Origin: Rubrobacteraceae bacterium
GTDB taxonomy: Bacteria > Actinomycetota > Rubrobacteria > Rubrobacterales > Rubrobacteraceae
DNA: 32,000 bases
Assembly: GCA_965213895.1 (NCBI GenBank)
Contig: OZ243918.1
Location: 702,766-734,765, forward strand
Direction: 5' to 3'
Under the pieces are notes generated by a model that saw nothing but the letters and a program-made list of their open reading frames with translations, did not search any database and was not told the origin of the DNA. Below are positions 22,156 through 31,722 of the stretch, piece after piece. Positions within the stretch are counted from its first letter, which is position 1. The number at the start of each line of letters is the position of its first letter. The position numbers and the translations under genes were made by a program.

Positions 22156-23325
22156 CTAAATGCGCTCGATCACGGTGGCGGTGGACATGCCGTGGCCGAT
22201 GCACATGACCTGTAACCCGAGCTGCCCGTCGGTAGCCTCTAACCCGGCTACCATCTTCGCCATGAGCCCCGCGCCGGTCGCCCCGAGGGGATGTCCGTGC
22301 GCTATAGCGCCGCCCCAGGGGTTCACCTTGTCCATGTCGGGCTCCAGCTCGTAGGCCCACGAAAGCACGACCGTGGCGAAAGCTTCGTTTATCTCGATCC
22401 AGTCTAAATCCCGGATGCTCAAGCCCGCCTTCTTTAGCTGCGCCAGCCGCGTCGCCGGAATAACCCCCGTGAGCTGCATCGCCGGGTCGTCGCCAACCAC
22501 CACCCGCGCCAGGAAGCGCGCTTTCGGAGTGAAGCCGTCGGCCTCGGCCCGCCCCCTGTCGCCCACGAGCACGGCAGAGGCGCCGTCAGAGATCTGGGAC
22601 GAGTTGCCTGCCGTTACCACGCCGTCGGACCGGAAGACCGTCTTCAAGCTCGCCATTTTTTCCGGGTCTACCGAAGCCCGGACGCCCTCGTCTGCGTTTA
22701 GCTCGATCTCATCCCCATCGGCATCCAACCCGCTGATCTTGAGTATCTCTCCGTTACCGTCCCTGGCAGCCGCCCCCGCCCGCCGGTGGCTCTCGGCTGA
22801 GAGGGAGTCTGCGTCCTCGCGGGTTATCTCCCACTTGTCGGCTATGCGCTCGGCGCTCTCGCCCTGATGCACCAGCTCCTGGTACTCCAGCAACTCGGGG
22901 TTGAGGGCTTCAAAGACAGACCCCGCATCCGGTGCTCCACCAATGTCGCTAAACATTGGTACGCGGGTCATGCTCTCGACGCCGCAGCCGATTGCGTAGT
23001 CCTTGTCCCCGGCGGCTATGGCCTGGGAGGCGAAGTGGACTGCTTGTTGGCTGGATCCGCACATGCGGTTTATGGAGACCGCCGGGACGGTGACGGGAAA
23101 ACCGGCGAGCATTACGGCCAGCCGTCCGACGTTTGCTCCCTGCTCCCCGGCCTGGGTCACGGTGCCACAGATCACGTCCTCTATAAGTTCCGGGTCTATG
23201 TCTGCCCGGTCCACGAGGCCGCGCAGCGTGTGGGCGAGTAGTTTGTCCGGTCGTACCTCGCGCAGCGCGCTACCACGACGGCCGAACGGGGTGCGTACCG
23301 CCTCCAGGATCACCGGCTCTGCCAT
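22156..23325 (-). CDS. Acetyl-CoA C-acyltransferase (thiolase)
   Basis: 389 aa. [12 protein letters not shown] carries the active-site Cys. NEAFA and the C-terminal [20 protein letters not shown] thiolase signatures are present. GAAGGAG is the RBS. Confidence 0.9.
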   Translation of the reverse strand: MAEPVILEAVRTPFGRRGSALREVRPDKLLAHTLRGLVDRADIDPELIEDVICGTVTQAGEQGANVGRLAVMLAGFPVTVPAVSINRMCGSSQQAVHFASQAIAAGDKDYAIGCGVESMTRVPMFSDIGGAPDAGSVFEALNPELLEYQELVHQGESAERIADKWEITREDADSLSAESHRRAGAAARDGNGEILKISGLDADGDEIELNADEGVRASVDPEKMASLKTVFRSDGVVTAGNSSQISDGASAVLVGDRGRAEADGFTPKARFLARVVVGDDPAMQLTGVIPATRLAQLKKAGLSIRDLDWIEINEAFATVVLSWAYELEPDMDKVNPWGGAIAHGHPLGATGAGLMAKMVAGLEATDGQLGLQVMCIGHGMSTATVIERI

Positions 23326-23341
23326 GATTGACGCTCCTTCT

Positions 23342-25090
23342 CTAGCTGTCCGCTACGGTAAGTGTAACGTGGCTAGGGTGGTCCGGGTCGTGGAATATGC
23401 GCTGGTGTGCGACCTGCGTGCGGGTGGAGGTGGCGCTGCTCTCACCAGTGTTCAGGTTCCGCCCCCAGCGCGGAAAGGAACTCGAAGTAACCTCCACCCG
23501 AATGCGGTGTCCGGCCAAGAAAGAAAGGCCGGTCGCCCAGAGGTCTATCGCGTACTCGTAAGCTTCGCCGGGCTCTATGGGGCTTGGCTCGACGGGATCT
23601 ACGACACCCGGTGCGGGATAGCTTTCGCGGGCGCTGGCCCGAATGATTCCATCGGTTACTCCTATCGCCCTCCCGTCCGGGTAGACGTCTACGAGCCGGA
23701 CGATGAAGTCCGTGTCCGGCGCTGAAGAGGCGGCGTAGAGAATGGCGTGGACCGGGCCGAGCACCGTGTAGCTCTTTTGCAAGACCTCGCTCGTATAGGT
23801 GAGCACGTCCGGCCGTTCTTCGACCTTTCGCTGGTCTCGGGGACCGGAACCCAGGATCGAGGGCAAGAGGACCGCGCCACCGAGGGTCGGTACGGGGTCT
23901 TCGGGGTCGTAGTCGTACTCGTCGGGCGGGCTTTGCTCCGGTTCTTGGCGGGAGAGTCCGCCACCTTCTTGCAGATACCAGTGCTCTTCCCGGGAGCCGG
24001 GCACGGGCCATTCGTCGTAGCCGCGCCAGCGGTTCTCGCCCATGACGAAGACCTCGATCGGCGGCGTATCTTCCAAGGCCACCTCTTCGCCTTTGAGGGT
24101 GGCGTCGAACCAACGGAGGTGGCGGTCGGTCAGGTTCTCCCGGTAGTTCAGAAAAAGGCCGGTGCTCCCGACGCCGAAGTCCAGCTCTCCGACCGTGCTG
24201 CCGAACATGCCGTGGGTCCAGGGCCCGATCAGGAGGCGCGGCGACCGCATTCCGCGTTGCGCAGACTGCTCCTTCATTGCCTCGTACTGGCGCAGCGTCT
24301 CCCCGATAAAGCAGTCGTACCAGCCGCCGATGTGGAAAGTGGGGGCCCGTACGTGGTCGTACTTTCCGTCAATGTTCAGATACTCCCACGCCGGGTCGTC
24401 CACGGTGCGGGTAAAGCCGCCACGGGCGAACGGCACAAGGCCGTCGGGGTCGAGGAGGTCGGTAAGCGGCAGCACGTCGTAGCCGCCGCCGGCGAGCAGG
24501 GTGTCTATGGAGCCTACGAGAGCCGGAAGTTTCTGCCCTAACTGCTCCGGGTCTCCGCGATATTTGCGGAAGAGAACGTTTAGGGCGAGGCCGGTCTGGG
24601 CCCAGCTTTGGTTCAGGCCCACCTCCTGCGCACCACCGCGCATGTTTATGCCGTTGAGGTGGTTACCCCAGGTGATGCCGGGAGCCATGCTCGCGAGGGC
24701 CGGCGGCTGCATCACGGCGGCGTGCCACTGGGTCTTGCCGAAGTACGAGAGGCCGAACATCCCGACTTGCCCGCCCGAGCCGGGGAGTTGCGCGGCCCAT
24801 TCGACGGTGTCGTAGCCGTCCTCGTACTCCCTGACGAACGGGGTGAACTTGCCCTCTGAGGCGTAGCGGCCCCGCACGTCTTGGACGACGACTATGTAAC
24901 CGTTCCGGGCAGCCTTTACGGGATCGAAATAGGTGGCGTTGTAGGGCTGGTCTTTGCCGTATGGGGTACGGGTAAGGAGTACCGGATAGACGCCGTCGTC
25001 CGCGGGCCGGTAGACGTTGGACAGGAGCGTCGCGCCGTCGCGCGTTTCGGCGGGCACGCTCTGCTGGACCAGAATTTCGGTCGGGCTCAA
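23342..25090 (-). CDS. CocE/NonD-family hydrolase (S15 X-Pro dipeptidyl-peptidase-like)
   Basis: 582 aa. [13 protein letters not shown]...[35 protein letters not shown] (nucleophile elbow), and the C-terminal [13 protein letters not shown] / HQRIFHD motifs are present. The TTG start follows GGGAGAG. Confidence 0.9.
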   Translation of the reverse strand: MSPTEILVQQSVPAETRDGATLLSNVYRPADDGVYPVLLTRTPYGKDQPYNATYFDPVKAARNGYIVVVQDVRGRYASEGKFTPFVREYEDGYDTVEWAAQLPGSGGQVGMFGLSYFGKTQWHAAVMQPPALASMAPGITWGNHLNGINMRGGAQEVGLNQSWAQTGLALNVLFRKYRGDPEQLGQKLPALVGSIDTLLAGGGYDVLPLTDLLDPDGLVPFARGGFTRTVDDPAWEYLNIDGKYDHVRAPTFHIGGWYDCFIGETLRQYEAMKEQSAQRGMRSPRLLIGPWTHGMFGSTVGELDFGVGSTGLFLNYRENLTDRHLRWFDATLKGEEVALEDTPPIEVFVMGENRWRGYDEWPVPGSREEHWYLQEGGGLSRQEPEQSPPDEYDYDPEDPVPTLGGAVLLPSILGSGPRDQRKVEERPDVLTYTSEVLQKSYTVLGPVHAILYAASSAPDTDFIVRLVDVYPDGRAIGVTDGIIRASARESYPAPGVVDPVEPSPIEPGEAYEYAIDLWATGLSFLAGHRIRVEVTSSSFPRWGRNLNTGESSATSTRTQVAHQRIFHDPDHPSHVTLTVADS

Positions 25091-25109
25091 GCTGTCTCTC
25101 CCGTTCGGG

Positions 25110-26723
25110 CTAATTGCCGGCGGGCGTGTAGTCCTGGTACTGCTCGCGGAGCTCCATCTTGAGGGCTTTGCCGGTGGCGGTGTGCGGTATCTCGTCCTGG
25201 AACTCGATGGCGTCTGGCAGGGACCATTTCGGGAACTCGTTTTCCAGGTGGGAGAGAAGTTCCTCTTCCGTCGCGTTTTCGCCTTCTTTGAGGACGACTA
25301 CGCCGAGGGGACGTTCCTGCCACTTCTCGTCCGGGATGGCGATGACGGCGGCTTCGGCGACGGCGTCGTGGGCCATCAGGGTGTTCTCTAAGGCTACGGA
25401 GGAGATCCACTCTCCGCCGCTCTTTATGAGGTCTTTGGTCCGGTCCTGTATCTCTACGAAGCCGTACTGGTCTATGGTCACGATGTCGCCGGTGCGGAAC
25501 CAGCCGTCCTCGGTGAACTTGTCGTCGCCCTCGTCGGTGTTGAAGTACGCCTTGGCGACCCAGGGCCCACTGACTTCCAACTCGCCCATGCTCTCGCCGT
25601 CCCAGGGGACCTCTTCCTCGTTCTCGACGGCCCGCACCTCGATAAACGGCACGGACGCTCCCTGCTTGGCTTTTACGCTATATTTCTCGTCCTCGGAGAG
25701 GTCGTCCATGTCGGAGCGGAGGTTGCAGATGGTGCCCAGGGGGGACATCTCGGTCATGCCCCAGGCGTGAACGATGTTCAGGCCGTGGTCTTCGTAGTAG
25801 CGACGGATCATACCTTCCGGCGCCGCCGACCCACCAACGACCATGCTTTGCAAACTGGAGAGGTCGTAGGCTTCCGGGTCGTTATCCAACATTTGCAGGA
25901 TTCCGAGCCAGATGGTCGGCACGCCAGCGGTGATCGTCACTTCTTCGTTCGCCAGGTCTTCCAGCAGGCTCTCCGGGTCCATGTGCGCCCCCGGCATGAC
26001 CTGCTTCGCGCCAACCATCGTCGAGGTAAACGGTAGTCCCCAGGCGTTGACGTGGAACATCGGGACGACGGGCATTACCACGTCCCGCTCTCGGATGTTC
26101 AGGGTGTCGGCCATCGCGGAGGCCATGGAGTGCAGGCAGATCGCGCGGTGCGAGTACAAAGCTCCCTTAGGCCGCCCCGTCGTCCCCGAGGTGTAGCACA
26201 TCGCCGCCGCATCGTTCTCGTCGAAGTCCACGTACTCGAACTCATCCTCGTCGGCCCCGTCCAAGAGGTCTTCGTAGCTCTCGAACCCTTCCGGCGCCGA
26301 GCCGAACACGAAGACGTGCTCCAGGTCTATCTCGTCCTCGACGGTGTCCAACAGTTGCACCATCGTCTCGTCTATGAGCAGCACCTTGTCTTCGGCGTGA
26401 TTGATGATGTAGGCGAGGTCGTCGGGGCTCAGGCGGGGGTTTATGGTGTGCAACACCGCGCCGGCGCACGGGACGCCGAAGTAGGCTTCGAGGTGCTCGT
26501 GGCTGTTCCAGGCCAGGGTGGCCACCCGACCACCCTTCTCTAGCCCGAGGTTCTGCACCGCGACGGCGAGCTTTTTGGCGCGGGAGACGAAGTCTGCGTA
26601 GGTGTAGCGGTGGAAGCTCTTGTCCGGCTTGCGGGTGACGATCTCCTTCGACCCGTAGAGTTGCTCCGCCCGGCGGAGCACCGCCGACAAGTTTAGCTGG
26701 TAGTCTGAGGTAAGGCCCTTCAT
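25110..26723 (-). CDS. Fatty-acid--CoA ligase (AMP-binding enzyme family)
   Basis: The YTSGTTGRPKGALYSHR AMP-binding motif, GWFRTGD, and KDLIKSGGEWISS are present. I prefer ATG 26723 (MKGLTSDYQLNL), with GGAGGAAAC upstream. The track start at 26804 adds 27 unsupported residues. Confidence 0.9.
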   Translation of the reverse strand: MKGLTSDYQLNLSAVLRRAEQLYGSKEIVTRKPDKSFHRYTYADFVSRAKKLAVAVQNLGLEKGGRVATLAWNSHEHLEAYFGVPCAGAVLHTINPRLSPDDLAYIINHAEDKVLLIDETMVQLLDTVEDEIDLEHVFVFGSAPEGFESYEDLLDGADEDEFEYVDFDENDAAAMCYTSGTTGRPKGALYSHRAICLHSMASAMADTLNIRERDVVMPVVPMFHVNAWGLPFTSTMVGAKQVMPGAHMDPESLLEDLANEEVTITAGVPTIWLGILQMLDNDPEAYDLSSLQSMVVGGSAAPEGMIRRYYEDHGLNIVHAWGMTEMSPLGTICNLRSDMDDLSEDEKYSVKAKQGASVPFIEVRAVENEEEVPWDGESMGELEVSGPWVAKAYFNTDEGDDKFTEDGWFRTGDIVTIDQYGFVEIQDRTKDLIKSGGEWISSVALENTLMAHDAVAEAAVIAIPDEKWQERPLGVVVLKEGENATEEELLSHLENEFPKWSLPDAIEFQDEIPHTATGKALKMELREQYQDYTPAGN

Positions 26724-26917
26724 GTTTCCTCCTTTTGACGGCCCGTAAGCTGTCATTTGTGCGATTTCCCCGTGCCTATCGCTGTAATAGTACGATGTTA
26801 GCATCCGCTATGACGCGGGGCAAACGCCGAGAAAGTAGCGGTACAGTAAGCGCGTTCTCGACTTGGAAAGGATGTTTGGCGTAGAATAGACTACGGTAGT
26901 TCGTAAGAGGAGGAACT

Positions 26918-27055
26918 TTGAACCCGGAAGTAATCCAGTTTGTGGGGGCCTTGATCGTCTTTGCCGGTATTCTGGTCGGCTCTTACTGGTTCGTCTACGC
27001 CCCCAGCCGGAACAACTACAAGCGGGACCGGCAGCGCGACCGATTCGGCGACTAG
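26918..27055 (+). CDS. Small single-TM protein (45 codons), not in the supplied ORF track
   Basis: The start TTG 26918 lies 2-3 nt after a strong AAGAGGAGGAA. I translate it as (M)NPEVIQFVGALIVFAGILVGSYWFVYAPSRNNYKRDRQRDRFGD, ending at TAG 27053..27055. It has one hydrophobic helix plus a basic tail. It ends 6 nt before the Rrf2 start. Confidence 0.4.
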   Translation: MNPEVIQFVGALIVFAGILVGSYWFVYAPSRNNYKRDRQRDRFGD

Positions 27056-27061
27056 AGAAGT

Positions 27062-27520
27062 TTGCAGGTCTCGGCGAAGGCTGACTACGCCATTCGGGCG
27101 GCGCTGGAGCTTGCGGTCACCGAAAATGAGGGGCCTTTAAAGGGAGCCCGGATCTCCGAGGCTCAAGACATCCCGCTGAAGTTTCTGGAGAACATCTTGC
27201 TAGAGCTAAAGCACGCCGGGCTCGTGCGAACCCAGCGGGGCGCCGGCGGCGGTTATTGGTTGGCCCAACCGGCGGAGGAGATCAGCCTGGCCGAGATCAT
27301 CCGGGTCGTGGAAGGCCCTCTGGCAAACGTCCGGGGCGAAGGGCCCGAAGAGGTCGAGTACACGGGCGTGGCCCGGCCGCTGCAGGAGGTCTGGATCGCG
27401 GTCCGCGCCAGCCTGCGCGCCGTGCTCGAAACCGTAACCCTCGCCGACCTCGCCCGCGCAGAAATCCCCGGTGTCGTTCACGACCTCACGATAGACCCCC
27501 AGGCCTGGATCCGTCACTGA
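27062..27520 (+). CDS. Rrf2-family transcriptional regulator (no cysteines, so cluster-less CymR-like type)
   Basis: 152 aa. SAKADYAIRAALELA, FLENILLELKHAGLVRTQRGAGGGYWLA and AEIIRVVEGPL are present. I find no Cys residue in the translation. Confidence 0.9.
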   Translation: MQVSAKADYAIRAALELAVTENEGPLKGARISEAQDIPLKFLENILLELKHAGLVRTQRGAGGGYWLAQPAEEISLAEIIRVVEGPLANVRGEGPEEVEYTGVARPLQEVWIAVRASLRAVLETVTLADLARAEIPGVVHDLTIDPQAWIRH

Positions 27521-27575
27521 TAAAAGGCTTCGGGTTTTAGGCTCCGGACCTCAGTCTTGCCGACGGGCTTTTCTT

Positions 27576-28190
27576 TTACCAACGGTAGTCGGTGAAGTGC
27601 GGGTCTTCTTTGTCCGGGGCGTCCAGGTATCCGAAGAACTCTAGTTTCTCTATGACTTTTTGGGCGCTTTCTTCGGGGGTCTCTTCCTCGGTTTTTAGTG
27701 TGAGGTCCGGGGCTGCGGGCGGCTCGTAGGGGTCGGAGACGCCGGTGAACTCCTTGATCTCCCCGGCGAACGCCTTTTTGTACAGGCCCTTCACGTCCCG
27801 CTCGGCGCAGACCTCCAGCGGCGCATCCACGAAGACCTCGACGAAATCCACGACCCTGCGGCGGACCTGATCCCGGGCCTCCTTGTAAGGACTTATGGCG
27901 CTGACGACCACACCGACGCCATTGCGGGTGAGCAGGTTCGCCACGAAGCCTATCCGCAACACGTTTACGATGCGGTCTTCCCGTGAGAACCCGAGGCCTT
28001 TGGAGAGGTTCGTCCGGACGATGTCGCCGTCCAACACCTCTACCCGCCGTCCGCGTTCGTGCAGCTCCCGCTCGACGATCTCCGCTATAGTTGTCTTGCC
28101 GGCCCCTGAGAGTCCGGTGAACCACAGCGTAAAGCCGCGTCCTTCGACTACTCCGGTGCCTTCGTTTTCTAACCTTGGATCTTCCGCCAC
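27576..28190 (-). CDS. cysC: Adenylyl-sulfate (APS) kinase
   Basis: 204 aa. [15 protein letters not shown] is the P-loop. [27 protein letters not shown] and [23 protein letters not shown] are present. The GTG start follows GGAGG. Confidence 0.9.
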   Translation of the reverse strand: MAEDPRLENEGTGVVEGRGFTLWFTGLSGAGKTTIAEIVERELHERGRRVEVLDGDIVRTNLSKGLGFSREDRIVNVLRIGFVANLLTRNGVGVVVSAISPYKEARDQVRRRVVDFVEVFVDAPLEVCAERDVKGLYKKAFAGEIKEFTGVSDPYEPPAAPDLTLKTEEETPEESAQKVIEKLEFFGYLDAPDKEDPHFTDYRW

Positions 28191-28252
28191 TTCATTTACC
28201 TCCAGTTGCTTTTTCGTGACGGACCAATTCTAGCTGTTCGGAGACGGCTCTT

Positions 28253-29131
28253 TTAGCCCTCCAGTACCGGCTTGCGCTCTTTGCGGAGGGCGGAGATCGC
28301 CAGGTAGAGGGCGACGGCCCAGATCGCGAGTATTGCCGCGTAGACGAGGGTGTTGAAGTTTGAACTGAGGCCGACGGCTTCCAGAAATGTGTTGGCGTTA
28401 GTGATGAGGATAAAGCCGCCGACGGCGGTACCCAATACCCGGGCGTTCAAGGTTTTGACGATCCAGGCGGCAATCGGGGCGGCGATGAGGCCGCCGGCGA
28501 GCAGCACGCCCACGACGCCAAACGGTATCTGGCTCCAGCTCAGCCCGAGGAGAAACCCGATGCTGGCGCAGAAGGCGACGACGAACTCGCTGGTGTCCAC
28601 CGTACCGACCACTTTGCGCGGCTCCATCCTGCGGGAAGAGAGCAGGGTGGGCGTGGAGATCGGACCCCACCCGCCGCCACCGATAGCGTCCATAAAGCCG
28701 GCGAAGAGGCCGAGAGGAGAGAGGAACTTGCGCGCTATGGGCTTGTCGTTGATGAGCTGTCCCTTGCGGTCGAAGGCGAAGCGGGCGAGGATGTAGATGC
28801 CGAGGCTGAACAAGAAGACCGCGACGAACGGCTTCGCCATATCACCCGGCACGGAGCTCAGCAGTATGGCCCCGACGAATGCCCCGCCGCCGCCGGGGAC
28901 GGCCAGGGCCAGAACCTTCTGCCAGTCGACGTTGCCGAACCGCCAGTGCGACACACCGCTCGCCAGCGTGGTGCCGACCTCGGCAATGTGTACGCTGGCC
29001 GACGCGATGGCCGGCGCAAGCCCCACCGTGAGCAGCAGGGTCGTCGAAGTCACCCCATAAGCCATGCCCAAAGACCCATCCACAAGCTGGGCAAGAAAAC
29101 CAACAAAACCCAAAACGATCAAGCTACGCAT
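28253..29131 (-). CDS. TauE/SafE-family sulfite exporter-like membrane protein
   Basis: 292 aa and polytopic. LAQLVDGSLGMAYGV and GGGGWGPISTPTLL match the duplicated TauE motifs. Confidence 0.9.
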   Translation of the reverse strand: MRSLIVLGFVGFLAQLVDGSLGMAYGVTSTTLLLTVGLAPAIASASVHIAEVGTTLASGVSHWRFGNVDWQKVLALAVPGGGGAFVGAILLSSVPGDMAKPFVAVFLFSLGIYILARFAFDRKGQLINDKPIARKFLSPLGLFAGFMDAIGGGGWGPISTPTLLSSRRMEPRKVVGTVDTSEFVVAFCASIGFLLGLSWSQIPFGVVGVLLAGGLIAAPIAAWIVKTLNARVLGTAVGGFILITNANTFLEAVGLSSNFNTLVYAAILAIWAVALYLAISALRKERKPVLEG

Positions 29132-29184
29132 CTACCACTCCCCTTAATTTCCAGCTTCTCTACTAGCTTTATGAACAATAACGC

Positions 29185-29199
29185 GCGGTACTGTACCGC
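29185..29199. promoter_or_regulatory. Palindrome GCGGTAC-T-GTACCGC in the TauE / HCCA-isomerase divergent region
   Basis: Perfect 7-bp inverted arms lie 54 nt upstream of the TauE start on the minus strand and 112 nt upstream of the plus-strand gene. Confidence 0.3.
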
Positions 29200-29310
29200 C
29201 GGGTCGAGAAGTTGTCAAGAGCGCGACGCTAATTTATTCGTTTTGCTCGTTTCAAGCGGTCGTGAAGCGAGTGTTGTATCGTGGTGGACGGGCGGCGAAA
29301 GGAGCTTTTG

Positions 29311-29919
29311 GTGCAACAGGTAGAGTTCTACTACGATCTGGTAAGCCCGTATTCATATCTGGCCTACACGCAGCTTGACCGGGTTTGCGGAGAATACGAA
29401 GCGGAGTTGATACTCCGGCCGATGCTTTTGGGCGCGGTCCACAAGATGTCTGGCAACCGGGCACCGATAGAGGTCGAGGCCAAGAGCCGCTACCAGTGGC
29501 GCGACATCCACCGGTGGGCGGAGCATTATGGAGTCCCGCTGAAGTTCCCGAACCCGTTCCCGTTCCGCACGCTAAAGACGCTGCGGGCCGCGATGTTCTG
29601 CTCGCGTAGAGGAGAGTTGGAAGCGTTTACCCGCGAGGCATTCGCGCTGTATTGGCAGGAAGACGGCGCCCCAGAGGGACTGGAGGCTGATGAGAACGGT
29701 CCAATTGCAGAGGTTGCGCGTCGCATCGGGGCCGACCCGGAAGAAATTCTCGAAGGGGCCGCCGCGTCGGAGAACAAGCAGGCGTTGAAAGATGCTACCG
29801 AGGAGGCGGTAGAACGCGGTGTCTTCGGGGCTCCGGCTTTCTTTGTAGACGGGGAGATGTTCTGGGGCAACGACCGGCTGCACTTCGTGGGGGAAGCTTT
29901 GGAGTTTGGATCGGTGTAG
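29311..29919 (+). CDS. 2-hydroxychromene-2-carboxylate isomerase-like DsbA-family protein
   Basis: VEFYYDLVSPYSYLAYTQL, RYQWRDIHRWAEHYGVPLKFP and GVFGAPAFFVDGEMFWGNDRL are present. The start is GTG 29311, 6 nt after AAAGGAG. The track start at 29281 is unsupported. Confidence 0.85.
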   Translation: MQQVEFYYDLVSPYSYLAYTQLDRVCGEYEAELILRPMLLGAVHKMSGNRAPIEVEAKSRYQWRDIHRWAEHYGVPLKFPNPFPFRTLKTLRAAMFCSRRGELEAFTREAFALYWQEDGAPEGLEADENGPIAEVARRIGADPEEILEGAAASENKQALKDATEEAVERGVFGAPAFFVDGEMFWGNDRLHFVGEALEFGSV

Positions 29920-29958
29920 GGTCCGTGTAGTCCACTTTGGGGAAAGGGAGGTACAGGA

Positions 29959-31275
29959 GTGCAGCGGGTATCCGGGTTCTTCGTGGCGATTATGCAGCGG
30001 TATCTGCCGGACCCGTGGTTGTTCGCCATCGTGCTGACGTTCATCGTGTTCTTGATGGGGATAGGGCTCACCGGCTCGTCGGCGCTGGACATGGTGCAGT
30101 TCTGGGGAGAGGGGCTGTTCGGCCTTCTGGAGTTCTCAATGCAGATGGTGCTCATACTCGTCACCGGCTACGTGCTGGCGAGGACGCGGGTCGTCCGGTC
30201 CGGGCTTGAGGCTATCGCCCGGCGGGCGGGAGGCCCGGCCAGCGCGATCGTCATTACCACGGTCTTCGCCACGCTCGCTTCCTTCGTCCAGTGGGGATTC
30301 GGGCTCATTATCGGGGCGCTGTTGGCGACGGAGATGGCGCGACAGGTGAGGGACCTGGACTACCGGCTGGTCATCGCCAGCGCCTACAGCGGGTTTCTCG
30401 TGTGGCACGCGGGGTTTTCAGGGTCTGTGCCGTTGGTGATCGCCACACCGGGACACTTCCTCGAAGACGCGATGGGCGTCATCCCGGCGAGCGAGACGAT
30501 CTTCGCCCCGTATAACCTCATCATAGCGGGTACGCTGCTGTTGGTGTTGCCCTTCGTAAACCAGGCGATGTTGCCGCCACCAGAAGAGCGGGTCGTCGTA
30601 GACCCGGAGGTACTGGAAGACTCCGAGCAGGAAGAAGACCGCAGCCGGCCCTCGACGCCGGCGGAGTGGCTGGAGAAGACACCGTGGCTCTCCGGCCTCG
30701 TCGGGATCGCCGGCGTGATCTACTTGTTGGTATGGTTTATCGGCGGCGGAGGGTTGAACCTGAACATCGTCATCCTCATCTTCCTGATCGCCGGGATCAT
30801 CTTCCACGTCACGCCGAGGAGTTATCTGGATTCCTTAAAGGAGTCGGTGGGGGCGAGCGCCGGGATTATATTGCAGTTTCCGTTCTACGCCGGGGTTATA
30901 GGCATGATGGGGGAGTCCGGCCTGATCGAGGTGATAGCGAGCTGGTTCAACGCTATCGCCACCCCCGCCACGTTGCCGTTCTGGGCGTTTATCAGCGGCG
31001 GGATCGTGAACTTCTTCGCGCCCTCCGGCGGCGGACAGTGGGCCATACAGGGGCCGGTGATGGCGGAGGCGGCACAGCAGATCGGGGCCGACATCGGCCA
31101 GGTGGCTATGGGCGTGGCCTGGGGCGATGCCTGGACGAACATGGTGCAGCCCTTCTGGCTCTTGCCAGCGCTCGGAATAGCCGGACTCAAAGCCCGGGAC
31201 GTGATGGGTTACTGCGTGATGGCGCTCATCGTGTCGGGGGTCATCATAACGGCGGGGCTGTTGTTACTGACGTAG
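29959..31275 (+). CDS. Short-chain fatty acid transporter (AtoE/TIGR00366 family)
   Basis: 438 aa and polytopic. The N-terminus RYLPDPWLFAIVLTFIVFLMG, and FFAPSGGGQWAIQGPVM, are typical of AtoE-type transporters (family recall). The GTG start follows GGGAAAGGGAGG. Confidence 0.85.
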   Translation: MQRVSGFFVAIMQRYLPDPWLFAIVLTFIVFLMGIGLTGSSALDMVQFWGEGLFGLLEFSMQMVLILVTGYVLARTRVVRSGLEAIARRAGGPASAIVITTVFATLASFVQWGFGLIIGALLATEMARQVRDLDYRLVIASAYSGFLVWHAGFSGSVPLVIATPGHFLEDAMGVIPASETIFAPYNLIIAGTLLLVLPFVNQAMLPPPEERVVVDPEVLEDSEQEEDRSRPSTPAEWLEKTPWLSGLVGIAGVIYLLVWFIGGGGLNLNIVILIFLIAGIIFHVTPRSYLDSLKESVGASAGIILQFPFYAGVIGMMGESGLIEVIASWFNAIATPATLPFWAFISGGIVNFFAPSGGGQWAIQGPVMAEAAQQIGADIGQVAMGVAWGDAWTNMVQPFWLLPALGIAGLKARDVMGYCVMALIVSGVIITAGLLLLT

Positions 31276-31296
31276 GGGATTAGGAGGAGGTAAGAA

Positions 31297-31722
31297 ATGG
31301 AGTCATCAAACCGGATGATCTACGCCGTGCTGGGGTTGGTGGTCCTGATACTCGTCGGGATGCTGCTCAGTTCGTGGCGCGTGATCCTGTACCCCCTGAT
31401 CTTCCTTATCGGGATCAGCATACTCTTCGGTTATACGAGGGAGCTCCCCGGCAAGAAGTGGCCGCTCGTGGTAGCCGGTTCGATCGTCGTGCTATACGGG
31501 TTGTTGTTCGTAGTGCTCGACATCTTGACCGGCGGAGAGCCCACCGGTAGCACCAACTACGTCCTGGGCATGACGCCGCCAATGGCGCTGTACATAATTA
31601 GCTTCCCGCTGCTGGTTATCCTGGCCGGAGTCCTCTATGGCCTGACCTTTGTGCAGGAGGACGTGCAGGAGGTCGTCGAGGAGAGGGAGCTCTCGAACGA
31701 GGGTGAGGGGGAAGCACAATGA
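31297..31722 (+). CDS. Small integral membrane protein (141 aa, ~4 TM, acidic C-terminal tail)
   Basis: ATG 31297 is preceded by AGGAGGAGG. It has four hydrophobic segments and the tail QEDVQEVVEERELSNEGEGEAQ. Its stop overlaps the downstream symporter start (ATGA). Confidence 0.65.
   Translation: MESSNRMIYAVLGLVVLILVGMLLSSWRVILYPLIFLIGISILFGYTRELPGKKWPLVVAGSIVVLYGLLFVVLDILTGGEPTGSTNYVLGMTPPMALYIISFPLLVILAGVLYGLTFVQEDVQEVVEERELSNEGEGEAQ

Noticed and set aside
21400-22175. Possible imperfect direct repeats flanking the low-GC insert: CTAACCAACCCAACT near 21404 against ATAACCTCAATCCACT near 22143.
   Set aside because: The match needs gaps and several mismatches and is only about 15 nt long. 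No integrase or tRNA is adjacent. This is too weak to call an att site or target-site duplication.
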